Assembly: GCA_964476375.1 (NCBI GenBank)
Contig: CAYYZW010000196.1
Location: 2,282 to 66,281 of the forward strand
Reading direction: 5' to 3'
Length of the DNA stretch: 64,000 nt
Source of the DNA: an uncultured Pirellulaceae bacterium
GTDB taxonomy: Bacteria > Planctomycetota > Planctomycetia > Pirellulales > Pirellulaceae
The notes beneath the pieces are model-generated. The model was given only the letters and a program-made list of their open reading frames with translations, searched no databases and was not told the origin of the DNA. This document shows, piece by piece, positions 1 to 8,200 of this stretch (position 1 is its first letter; the number at the start of each line of letters is the position of its first letter). The position numbers and the translations under genes are program-made.

Positions 1-105
1 AACGCTGTTGGCATGTGGGCCGCGCCACTGTGGCCAGTTTTCCGCTTTCGCAGCGGGGGCGAAGAACAGCAGGACGAACAGGGTGACCAGGGCACGGTAA
101 AGCAT
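1..105 (-). CDS. N-terminal fragment of a secreted PQQ-like/BamB-like beta-propeller repeat protein (gene runs off the left edge)
   Basis: The reverse complement of 1-105 starts with ATG (103-105) and reads MLYRALVTLFVLLFFAPAAKAENWPQWRGPHANSV. That is a signal peptide followed by WPQWRGP, a motif I recognise from N-termini of planctomycetal PQQ-like beta-propeller proteins. Purine-rich GGAGG/AAGAAGG lies just upstream. The gene is absent from the ORF track because it has no stop inside the window. Confidence 0.45.
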   Translation of the reverse strand, partial: MLYRALVTLFVLLFFAPAAKAENWPQWRGPHANSV

Positions 106-295
106 GAAAACCTTCTTTGCCTCCAGGGCGAGAAAAACCGGCAGGAATATCCGTTTCGACCAGTATATCGAATCCCGGCAGGTACCAACGCCCTTTCAGA
201 AGGAATCCCACCGGGAGTCGTAATCAGGGTGCATAACGAATAAGCTAGTAGAGACAGAGGCTGCTCCCTTACCGTCCTCAAAATGGAAGTGCTCA

Positions 296-1270
296 ATGCG
301 AAAACTAGCCTGCTTTATGATGGCAGCCATCTTCTCGTTCACAGGATGCAGTTCAGATCCTGAGCCTGGAGACATGGGTGCGGAAGAAAATATAGGCGGG
401 ACAATCGGTTATTCCGCCATGAGTTTCAAGAACCCGTTTTTCGTGGTCATCAAGGAGAACCTGGAGGATGCAGCCAAGGCGGCTGGATATGAACTGATTG
501 CCAACGATGCGGACTCGGATGTCAGCAAGCAGGCGAACCATATCGATGAATTCATCAGCAAGGGAGTTTCGGCAATCGTGCTCAATCCCACCGACAAGCT
601 GGCCATCGGTGAGGCGATCAAGAAAGCCAACGCCGCAGGAATCCCGGTCTTCACATGCGATCTCCAGTGTACGGCGGAGGGAGTGGATATTGTTGGCCAT
701 ATCGGGACGGATAATTACCAGGGAGGCACGCTGGCCGGCAAGGCCATGGTGGAGATCCTGGGGGACCAGGGTGGCGAGGTCCTTGTGCTCGACTACAAGC
801 AGGCAAATTCCTGCGTGTTGCGGGTGGATGGCTTCATGGAAGTGATCGACAAGCACAACGGGGGCCGCCAGGAGGGAAAGATCCAGATTATCGCCGAGGT
901 CAATGGTGGGGGTGACGAGGATATCGGCTACAAGGCAACCACCGACCTTCTCGTGGCCCATCCCAATATTGCCGGGGTCTTCGCCATCAATGACCCATCC
1001 GCCCTGGGTGCCTGGAAAGCGATCGACGAAGCCGGCAAAACAGAACAGATTACGATCGTGGGCTTTGACGGGGCCAAGGCCGGCAAGCAGGCGATTCTTG
1101 AAGGGAAGATTTATGCAGATCCCATTCAGTATCCGGTCAAGATGGGCCGGGAAATCATGGCCAAGATTCTTGCCTATCAAAATGGCGAGGATTTTGAAGC
1201 CCTGGAATTGATTCCCACAACGTTGTACCGCAAGGCCGATGCGGAGATGGATCCAGAGCTTCAACAGTAA
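296..1270 (+). CDS. Sugar ABC transporter substrate-binding lipoprotein (RbsB-like, periplasmic binding protein type I)
   Basis: 324-aa ORF with a lipoprotein signal MRKLACFMMAAIFSFTGC (lipobox FTGC). It has type I sugar-binding-protein hallmarks (IGYSAMSFKNPFF, VFAINDPSALGA, IVGFDG). An ABC ATPase gene and a permease gene follow directly. Confidence 0.85.
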   Translation: MRKLACFMMAAIFSFTGCSSDPEPGDMGAEENIGGTIGYSAMSFKNPFFVVIKENLEDAAKAAGYELIANDADSDVSKQANHIDEFISKGVSAIVLNPTDKLAIGEAIKKANAAGIPVFTCDLQCTAEGVDIVGHIGTDNYQGGTLAGKAMVEILGDQGGEVLVLDYKQANSCVLRVDGFMEVIDKHNGGRQEGKIQIIAEVNGGGDEDIGYKATTDLLVAHPNIAGVFAINDPSALGAWKAIDEAGKTEQITIVGFDGAKAGKQAILEGKIYADPIQYPVKMGREIMAKILAYQNGEDFEALELIPTTLYRKADAEMDPELQQ

Positions 1271-1278
1271 GGCACTCC

Positions 1279-2841
1279 ATGCCTGAGCCGACTTCCAGCG
1301 AGCCGCTCCTGGAGATGCGGGGCATCAGCAAGATGTTTCCGGGCGTGCGCGCCCTGGACAATGTGGATCTCACGCTCTACCCCGGTGAGGTGCTGGCTCT
1401 GCTGGGTGAAAATGGCGCCGGGAAAAGCACCCTGATCAAGATCCTCGGTGGTGCTCACGCACCCGATGCAGGGGAAATCTTTATCGACGGCCGTCATGTC
1501 CGCATGGAGAGCCCCCAGGCAGCCCAGCAGGCCGGGGTGGGCATTATCTACCAGGAATTCAACCTGGTACCGGCCCTGACGGCCCGCGAGAATATTTTCC
1601 TTGGCAGCCATCGGCATGCCTTAAGCTGGCTGAATGCAGCCCAGGAACGCCAGGAAGCGGAACGCCTGTTCGATCGCATAGGAATTCAGGTCGATCCGGA
1701 AACACCCTGCCGCGACCTGACAGTTGCCCAGCAGCAGATCGTGGAAATCGCCAAGGCCCTTTCGCTTGAGGCGAGAATTGTCGTGATGGATGAGCCGACC
1801 GCGGCCCTGACGCCGCGCGAGGTGGAAGGACTTTCCCGGGTGATCGAGGAACTCAAGGCCCAGGAAATCGGGATTATTTATATCAGCCACCGACTGGACG
1901 AGATCGAACAGTTTGCTGACCGCATGACCGTTTTGAGGGACGGCAAGCATGTCGACACAAAACCAATGGACCAGGTTGGCCGGGAAGAGATGATCGAGAT
2001 GATGGTTGGCCGCAGCCTGGATAATGAGTTTCCAAAGGCGGAATTCACGCCAGGCGATGAATGCCTTGCTGTTCGCGGCCTGACGCGAGCTCCAGCGGTG
2101 CGCGATGTCTCCTTTTCGGTCCGGCGGGGTGAAATCCTCGGCATTGCGGGGCTGGTCGGAGCGGGGCGAACAGAACTGGCAAGGATCCTTTTTGGGGCAG
2201 ACCAGAAAGATCATGGAGAGATATGGTTCAATGGAGAAGCGGTAAACATCAGGAGTCCCCGGCAGGCAATCAGGAAGGGTATCTGCCTGTTAACCGAGGA
2301 CAGGAAATCTCAGGGGCTGGTCCTGGGGATCTCGGTTCAGGAGAATTTTGGCCTCCCCAACACCAAGGACTTTTCCCGGCTTGGGTTTATCCATGCCCGC
2401 CAGGAAGGAGAGGCCTTCAGGGGGTATGTTGAACAACTGAAGATCAAGACCACGGGAGCGAGCCAGCGGACGGAAACACTCTCGGGAGGAAACCAGCAGA
2501 AAGTGGTGCTGGCAAAATGGCTCCAAAAAAATGCCCAGCTGGTGATCTTTGATGAACCGACCCGGGGTATTGATGTGGGGGCAAAATATGAGATCTATCT
2601 CCTGATGAATGAACTTGCTCGACAGGGAAAGGCGATCCTGATGATTAGCTCGGAGTTGCCGGAAGTGCTGGGAATGAGTGACCGTGTACTGGTCATGCAC
2701 GAGGGGATGGTTTCCGGTGAAATCGCTGACCCGGCAGCCGCCAGCCAGGAAGACGTGATGCGGCTGGCAACAGGGTCCATGAGCCAGTTTCCGGCAGACG
2801 AGACAGGTGTTTTTGAATACGTGGAACCGGAAGCAGAATAG
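1279..2841 (+). CDS. Sugar ABC transporter ATP-binding protein with two ABC cassettes (RbsA/MglA-like)
   Basis: 520 aa. Walker A motifs are GENGAGKST and GLVGAGRTE, and Walker B motifs are VVMDEPTAAL and VIFDEPTRGIDV. The signature motif is LSGGNQQKV, with a degenerate first signature LTVAQQQIVEIAKAL that is typical of RbsA. The gene starts 8 nt after the binding-protein gene. Confidence 0.9.
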   Translation: MPEPTSSEPLLEMRGISKMFPGVRALDNVDLTLYPGEVLALLGENGAGKSTLIKILGGAHAPDAGEIFIDGRHVRMESPQAAQQAGVGIIYQEFNLVPALTARENIFLGSHRHALSWLNAAQERQEAERLFDRIGIQVDPETPCRDLTVAQQQIVEIAKALSLEARIVVMDEPTAALTPREVEGLSRVIEELKAQEIGIIYISHRLDEIEQFADRMTVLRDGKHVDTKPMDQVGREEMIEMMVGRSLDNEFPKAEFTPGDECLAVRGLTRAPAVRDVSFSVRRGEILGIAGLVGAGRTELARILFGADQKDHGEIWFNGEAVNIRSPRQAIRKGICLLTEDRKSQGLVLGISVQENFGLPNTKDFSRLGFIHARQEGEAFRGYVEQLKIKTTGASQRTETLSGGNQQKVVLAKWLQKNAQLVIFDEPTRGIDVGAKYEIYLLMNELARQGKAILMISSELPEVLGMSDRVLVMHEGMVSGEIADPAAASQEDVMRLATGSMSQFPADETGVFEYVEPEAE

Positions 2842-2848
2842 CCAGGGA

Positions 2849-4216
2849 ATGATGAAACGAATCCTTCAATCCAGGTTGATAACGGATTACGGCATGGTGC
2901 TGGTGCTCCTGCTGCTTGGAATCCTGATCAGCTGGGCGACATGGAGTGAACAGCATCCAGAAGATCCGGGTGCCGGACAGGCAATGGCCCGTGACCTGGT
3001 CGAGACGCTGGGGAATGATGCACAGGTTGTCATCCTGCTAAGGCAGACAAGTGGTGACCGTGAGCTGGCCCGGGCGATTGACAGCGAACTGGGACAGCAT
3101 GGCGTTACCGTTGCCGCAACGATACATGCCAGGTCACCGAGGGATGCACGGGTCGAGCTGGAAAAACTGGGCAGGCAGGGCATCCGCGTCAATGCGATTG
3201 CCACACATCATTTCTGTTTCAGTACCTGGGGAGTCCTCAGGGAGTCCTCGCTCCAGAAACTTGCTGCCGGGCATCCTTCCCTGAAGGGCATACAGGTTTA
3301 CACGCCGAAGAGCTACATGTGGCCGACATTTCTTACCAGGAAAAACCTTGTCAGCATCCTCAACCAGAACGCCCCTGTTGCCATCATGGCGATCGGAATG
3401 ACGTTCGTGATTATTACAGCCGGGATTGACCTCTCCGTGGGCAGCCTGATGGCACTGGCCGCTCTCATCTCGGCCGTCACGATCCGCGACTGGTTTGGTG
3501 GAGCCGGTGCGTCCGGGCTGGGTGTTTATACGGCTTTTGGGATTGCCATCACGGTCTGCATGATGAGCGGTGTTTTTGTCGGCCTGATGATCACCTGGTT
3601 CAAGATGCCCCCTTTTGTGGTCACGCTCGCGCTCATGATGGTGGCTCGTGGCTGCTCGTTTATTCTTGCCGGGGGCGCCGACCCGGTGGATGTGGAGGCT
3701 GCCGGAACCGCATCGCTTTATAGTGGAACGATCCTGGGTATTCCGAACCAGATCGTCCTGATGCTGGCTTTGTTTCTGCTTGCACATATTGCCATGAGCC
3801 ATACGGCACTGGGCCGATATGTTTATGCAGTCGGGGGCAACGCCCAGGCGGCCCGGCTTTCCGGTGTCCCCGTGTTCTGGGTTATTATCGCTGTTTATGC
3901 GATTTGTGGAGCCGCCGCGGGGCTGGCAGGCGTGATGGACGTGTCGCACTTTACCAGTGGCCGGCCAAAAGCAGGTGAGTTTTATGAGCTGCAGGTGATC
4001 GCCGCCGTCGTTGTTGGCGGCACAAGCCTGATGGGCGGGGAAGGCAAGATTTTCGGCACTTTTATCGGAGCCATGATTCTCGGTGTGATCCAGAATGGCC
4101 TGAATATGCAGGGGATCGATTCCTACCGGGCGAACGTGGTTTATGGGGCCCTGATCCTGGTTGCCGTGCTGGTGGATCAGCTCAAACGGAAGCTTCTCAA
4201 GCCGGGCAGCTCCTAG
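2849..4216 (+). CDS. Sugar ABC transporter permease (RbsC-like) with an extra ~125-aa hydrophilic domain after TM1
   Basis: Core permease motifs are present (AIGMTFVIITAGIDLSVGS, VVGGTSLMGGEGKIFGT). I place the start at ATGATG 2849, 8 nt after the ATPase stop. The ORF-track start at 2807 would overlap the ATPase gene by 35 nt. Confidence 0.85.
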   Translation: MMKRILQSRLITDYGMVLVLLLLGILISWATWSEQHPEDPGAGQAMARDLVETLGNDAQVVILLRQTSGDRELARAIDSELGQHGVTVAATIHARSPRDARVELEKLGRQGIRVNAIATHHFCFSTWGVLRESSLQKLAAGHPSLKGIQVYTPKSYMWPTFLTRKNLVSILNQNAPVAIMAIGMTFVIITAGIDLSVGSLMALAALISAVTIRDWFGGAGASGLGVYTAFGIAITVCMMSGVFVGLMITWFKMPPFVVTLALMMVARGCSFILAGGADPVDVEAAGTASLYSGTILGIPNQIVLMLALFLLAHIAMSHTALGRYVYAVGGNAQAARLSGVPVFWVIIAVYAICGAAAGLAGVMDVSHFTSGRPKAGEFYELQVIAAVVVGGTSLMGGEGKIFGTFIGAMILGVIQNGLNMQGIDSYRANVVYGALILVAVLVDQLKRKLLKPGSS

Positions 4217-4274
4217 TCGGAAATGGCGATCAGAAATATTTTAGAAAGACGATGAGAATCTCTTATTCGGTCGG

Positions 4275-4304
4275 TTGACAGACGCCCTGCAGGACGGATA
4301 GTTT
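4275..4304 (+). promoter_or_regulatory. Candidate sigma-70-type promoter for the atpE-like gene
   Basis: Perfect TTGACA at 4275-4280, then 18 nt, then TAGTTT at 4299-4304, in the 225-nt intergenic region upstream of 4442. The planctomycetal promoter consensus is poorly defined, so this is weak. Confidence 0.2.
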
Positions 4305-4333
4305 AGGGGTTTTCACTGGCAAGCCAGCGGAGA

Positions 4334-4358
4334 ATCGCCGGTCAATGTGGCCGGCGAT
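4334..4358 (+). other. Stem-loop in the leader of the atpE-like gene
   Basis: Perfect 8-bp inverted repeat ATCGCCGG / CCGGCGAT separated by a 9-nt loop (TCAATGTGG), about 85 nt upstream of the start codon. Confidence 0.4.
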
Positions 4359-4441
4359 CCAATTCACGAGTCATCCGTTTATGATTTGGCCGGCTAGCAA
4401 CAACTGCAATTTGTGATGGTCAATCAATAGGAGAAAGTTCT

Positions 4442-4747
4442 GTGAACAACGTTGTTAAATTTGTTTTGCTCGGCTTTGGCGCCATGCTGTTGATGGCAAC
4501 CCCGATACTGGCACAGGACGGATCTGCACAGCCATTGGTTCCCAATGCGGTTGGTATTGGTATGGTCGTTCTTGGGGCCGGCCTGGGAATTGCAAAACTT
4601 GCCAGTTCGGCACTGGAGAGCATGGCTCGCCAGCCGGAAATCGCTGCCACCATTCAGACAGCGATGATTATTGCTGCCGCCCTGATCGAAGGCCTGTCCT
4701 TCTTTGGCGTCTTCGCCTGCTGGGCCAGCCAGATGCTCGGCGGCTGA
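4442..4747 (+). CDS. atpE: F-type ATP synthase subunit c (proteolipid) homolog with an N-terminal signal-peptide-like extension; orphan copy
   Basis: 101 aa with a GTG start preceded by AGGAGAAAG. It shows the c-subunit hairpin: a Gly-rich helix 1 (GIGMVVLGAGLGIAKLAS), the polar loop MARQPE, and helix 2 with a conserved carboxylate (IIAAALIEGLSFFGVF). The first ~25 residues (MNNVVKFVLLGFGAMLLMATPILAQD) resemble a signal peptide. No other atp gene occurs in the window. Confidence 0.8.
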   Translation: MNNVVKFVLLGFGAMLLMATPILAQDGSAQPLVPNAVGIGMVVLGAGLGIAKLASSALESMARQPEIAATIQTAMIIAAALIEGLSFFGVFACWASQMLGG

Positions 4748-4775
4748 TATCCCGCTGTGAAAAGCACAAATAATT

Positions 4776-4812
4776 CCCGGCTTGACCCCCCGCGGGTGAG
4801 GCCGGGTTTTTT
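4776..4812. terminator. Rho-independent terminator between convergent genes
   Basis: CCCGGC (4776-4781) pairs with GCCGGG (4801-4806) and is followed by TTTTTT (4807-4812). It lies 29 nt after the atpE-like stop and 5 nt before the end of the convergent symporter gene. Confidence 0.6.
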
Positions 4813-4817
4813 GTTGG

Positions 4818-6815
4818 TCAGTCATCCTCATTGGCATCGTCGCGCGGCAATACGTACTCTGCCGCGCCACCCCCCGGCTTCGCCTGATGCCGTGCTGGTT
4901 TTCCGCGGGAAAGCAGGTAGCTGACCATCGTGCCGACCGACAGGTTTGCCAGCAGGGCCAGGATGCCGATATAGAGAAAGCTGATCGGATCCAGCTCCAG
5001 GTCCAGTGCCAGGCTTCCGTCCGACTTGATACTGGCATGAAACGGGGGCTCTGCCGTGTCAAGCTGCTCGATGACAGTCGTGCCGATCTGGCGAGCGGTG
5101 GCCCCGGGATGAAACGAGACTGGCAGGTGGCCATCCTCGACACCAGGATCTGCCGGCCGATGATCGAATTCGAGTACCACGCGCTGGTCCGGGCGCACCA
5201 GTACCAGGGTGTCCCCGTCCCGGAGTAACTGTCCCGCATGGTCGGGAAGTGAAATGCGGGTGGACTGGGCGTGTTCAAAGGCCACCTCCTCGGTCATTCC
5301 CTCCAGCTCGATGGCCAAGGGAGTCTCGGTGACAAAACCAAACAGGCCGCCGGAAAAGGCGACCAGCAGGGCCGTTACGATTCCCGTCACACTACCTGCA
5401 ATAACTCCCAGGGGGCGGGCAAAGGGGACGAACATGGCAAAGAAGAAGAGGGCAAAGATCGGGGTCACCAGCAGGTTCGTGGTCTTCTGGGTGACCGAGG
5501 TGATGTTGCCCGGTACCAGCCCCATGGCCGAGCTGCTGACCACCACGATCGCACCAATCGCCAGGGCCAGCCACATGGCCGTGCGGCGACCGGTCGGTTT
5601 GCCAAAGCGGTCAAGGAAATCGCTGCTGACAACTGCCGTGATCGAGTTCACACCCGAGTCGATACTCGACATCGCCGCTGCAAACATGGCGGCTACCACC
5701 AGCCCGGAAACACCCGGTGGCAGGATATTGCCGATGAAATAGGGAAAGACCTTGTCGGCATGTGTCTTGATGGAAATGTCCGTTGGCAGCGAGTGTTTCT
5801 GGAAGTACCCCAGCAGGGCAACTCCCAGGGCTGCCAGCGTGAGGGATACGACCACCGAGACGATCAGCTGGACCTTGAAGGCCTTGCGGGCGGCAGCGGC
5901 GTTCTCGGTCGACATGAATCGCTGGATACAGGTCTGGTCCCCGGCGGCGGTGCAGACGTACCACGTCATCATGTTCAGAAAGCCTGCAAAAACTGTCACC
6001 CGCGTGGCGGGATCCCAGCTGAAAAGAGGCTGGATATCCCAGTTCTCGTTCCAGGACGTTGGGAACCAGCTGAACCCCCCGAAATCAATGGTCACGATGG
6101 CAATCACGGTCAGGGCCCCGCCAAAAAGAAGGATTGCCTGGATCAGGTCCGTGATAACAACCGCCTGCAGGCCCCCCAGCGAGGTATAGATAACGGCAAC
6201 GAAACCGGTGATCAGGACAATCAGCGGAATCCACTTTTCGTCCACGCCCATCATCACGGTCATCGCCATGGATGCCAGGTAAATCAACAGCGACATCCAG
6301 ACGAGCCGCAGCAGGATGAACATACTGGCACCGAGCAGCCGGATTCCGATTCCCAGCCTTTCCTCCAGCAGTTCGTAGGCACTCGTGACCCGTTGTCGCA
6401 TGTAGAGTGGCAGGATCAGGTAGGCCACGATGAAATAGACCAGCAGCATGCCAGGCAGTGTCAGTAGCCCTGCCGGTCCCTTGCCGAGAATCTCTCCAGG
6501 CATGGAGAGATAGCTGATCGTGCTGAGCAGCGTGGCAAACAGGGAAACTCCCACCAGGATGGGATTCATCTTTCCGCTGCCGATGAAATATTCTTCTTTT
6601 GTTTTCTGACGTCGGCTGACGAACCATCCCAGGCCGATCGTTAGCGATGCGTAGAGGACGATGATGAACCAGTCGATGGCAGCCAGGCCGCTCCCGTCAC
6701 GAACCGCGATGCTGGATTCACTGCCGGCCGTGTGAACGATGTTGACGATCCCCAGTGCCAGGAAAATCCCGGCAATGCTCAGCAGCAGAACATCAATGGG
6801 GCGTGTTTTCATCAA
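4818..6815 (-). CDS. Sodium:solute symporter (SSS) family transporter with a ~115-aa soluble insertion before the last TM helix
   Basis: 665 aa with about 14 hydrophobic segments. The SSS-like N-terminal region reads EEYFIGSGKMNPILVGVSLFATLLSTISYLSMPGE, followed by GGLQAVVITDLIQA. A hydrophilic block (aa 497-610) interrupts the C-terminal TM bundle. Confidence 0.8.
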   Translation of the reverse strand: MMKTRPIDVLLLSIAGIFLALGIVNIVHTAGSESSIAVRDGSGLAAIDWFIIVLYASLTIGLGWFVSRRQKTKEEYFIGSGKMNPILVGVSLFATLLSTISYLSMPGEILGKGPAGLLTLPGMLLVYFIVAYLILPLYMRQRVTSAYELLEERLGIGIRLLGASMFILLRLVWMSLLIYLASMAMTVMMGVDEKWIPLIVLITGFVAVIYTSLGGLQAVVITDLIQAILLFGGALTVIAIVTIDFGGFSWFPTSWNENWDIQPLFSWDPATRVTVFAGFLNMMTWYVCTAAGDQTCIQRFMSTENAAAARKAFKVQLIVSVVVSLTLAALGVALLGYFQKHSLPTDISIKTHADKVFPYFIGNILPPGVSGLVVAAMFAAAMSSIDSGVNSITAVVSSDFLDRFGKPTGRRTAMWLALAIGAIVVVSSSAMGLVPGNITSVTQKTTNLLVTPIFALFFFAMFVPFARPLGVIAGSVTGIVTALLVAFSGGLFGFVTETPLAIELEGMTEEVAFEHAQSTRISLPDHAGQLLRDGDTLVLVRPDQRVVLEFDHRPADPGVEDGHLPVSFHPGATARQIGTTVIEQLDTAEPPFHASIKSDGSLALDLELDPISFLYIGILALLANLSVGTMVSYLLSRGKPARHQAKPGGGAAEYVLPRDDANEDD

Positions 6816-6974
6816 CGGGAATCCAGGGTGAACGGAAAACCTCTCACCTGCAGAAGAAATTGTATCACGTTGCCAGGCCAGTGCAGTCTGTGCCCGGTTC
6901 GTTGAATTCGACTGAAGGCATGGCCATACTGATTGCTGGGAACGTCACCTCGCCATTCTAGCAAGAGAGAACAC

Positions 6975-7991
6975 ATGATCCCGTTTCTTACCCGCCGCCG
7001 ATTCCTGGCAATGACCCTGGTGGCAAGCGCCCCGCCCTTTCTTTCCTCTCGTGCGACAGCCGCTGGTGTGAGCCAGAGATATGCCGGGCTCAAATCCCGT
7101 CGCTACCTGGGCAAAGCGGAAGTCCTGGCAGAAATTGTTGACGAAAAAGTCTTTACCGAGGGTCCTGCCTGGGCGGGTGACGGCCGCCTGCTTTTCACTA
7201 ACGTGCCGGCTGCAAAGATTCTTGCCTGGAATACCGGCACGCGGTCCCTTTCCACCTACCGGGAAAACAGCAACCTGGCTAACGGTCTTTATTTTGACCG
7301 GGATGGGCACCTGCTTGCCTGTGAGGGGGGGGCCGGCAGGGTGACCCGCACCGAGATGAAGAATAGCCAGCTGACGGTGCTGGCCGACACGTACAACAAC
7401 TTTCCCTTTGCGGCCCCCAATGACCTCTGCCAGGATCGCCAGGGCCGAATTTACTTTACCTCCCGGCCGGGAACCGAGGATCCGAGCGTGGGGAATGTAA
7501 ACGCGGTTTACCGCATCGACCCGGGCGGGAAGGTGACACAGTTGCTCCGGTGGCCTGAGATCCACATGCCCAATGGCATTGTCATCTCCCCGGACAACAA
7601 GACGTTATACCTGATCGAGGCCCACCCGGATGCAGATCATCACCGCGATATCCGGGCCTATGACCTGGCGGAAGACGGCTCGCTCAGCAACGAGCGAATC
7701 CTGATCAACTTCTACCCGGGGCGGAGTGGCGACGGAATGTGCATCGACGCCGAGGGCAATCTCTACGTGGCGGCCGGCCTGCATGCAACGCGGGAGACCA
7801 GTGAAACACTGGATACACGTCCGGGGATCCACGTCATCTCGCCGGCAGGAGAACTGGTCGCTTACCGGGAGACCCCGGTCGACACGATTACCAACTGTAC
7901 TTTTGGAGATCATGACCTGCGCACGCTGTACGTGACGTGTGGCAAGTACCTGGTCAGCATGCGAACACAGATTCCGGGGAAAAACCCGTGA
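6975..7991 (+). CDS. SMP-30/gluconolactonase/LRE family protein, Tat-exported
   Basis: Twin-arginine signal MIPFLTRRRFLAMTLVASAP. Six-bladed-propeller lactonase hallmarks are present (FTEGPAW, ANGLYFDRDGHLLACEG, PNDLCQDRQGRIYFT, PNGIVISPDNKTLYL, GDGMCIDAEGNLYVA, TNCTFGDHDLRTLYVT). The start is moved from the ORF-track 6933 to the ATG at 6975. Confidence 0.85.
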   Translation: MIPFLTRRRFLAMTLVASAPPFLSSRATAAGVSQRYAGLKSRRYLGKAEVLAEIVDEKVFTEGPAWAGDGRLLFTNVPAAKILAWNTGTRSLSTYRENSNLANGLYFDRDGHLLACEGGAGRVTRTEMKNSQLTVLADTYNNFPFAAPNDLCQDRQGRIYFTSRPGTEDPSVGNVNAVYRIDPGGKVTQLLRWPEIHMPNGIVISPDNKTLYLIEAHPDADHHRDIRAYDLAEDGSLSNERILINFYPGRSGDGMCIDAEGNLYVAAGLHATRETSETLDTRPGIHVISPAGELVAYRETPVDTITNCTFGDHDLRTLYVTCGKYLVSMRTQIPGKNP

Positions 7992-8200
7992 TATCGCGGT
8001 TTTGAGCCACCTTTCAGGCGCCATCTTTTCCAGGCCATGGACGTCATCAAGGGAGCAAGATCTGGTTCAACATGGACGCACCATCCATCCAGCTGAATTT
8101 GACTTGTAGCGAAGTGGATGTTGCGAAATACTGGTAGGTACAAGGAAATCCCGGAAAGAACCATTTCTGGATCCTCCCCCGCTTTTTTCCCGCCGAGACA

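Noticed and set aside
13-243. 76-aa plus-strand ORF at the left edge.
   Set aside because: It overlaps, in antisense, the well-formed N-terminus (signal peptide plus WPQWRGP) of a minus-strand gene that begins at 105. The remainder lies in the divergent promoter region upstream of the ABC binding-protein gene, and the translation has no recognisable features.
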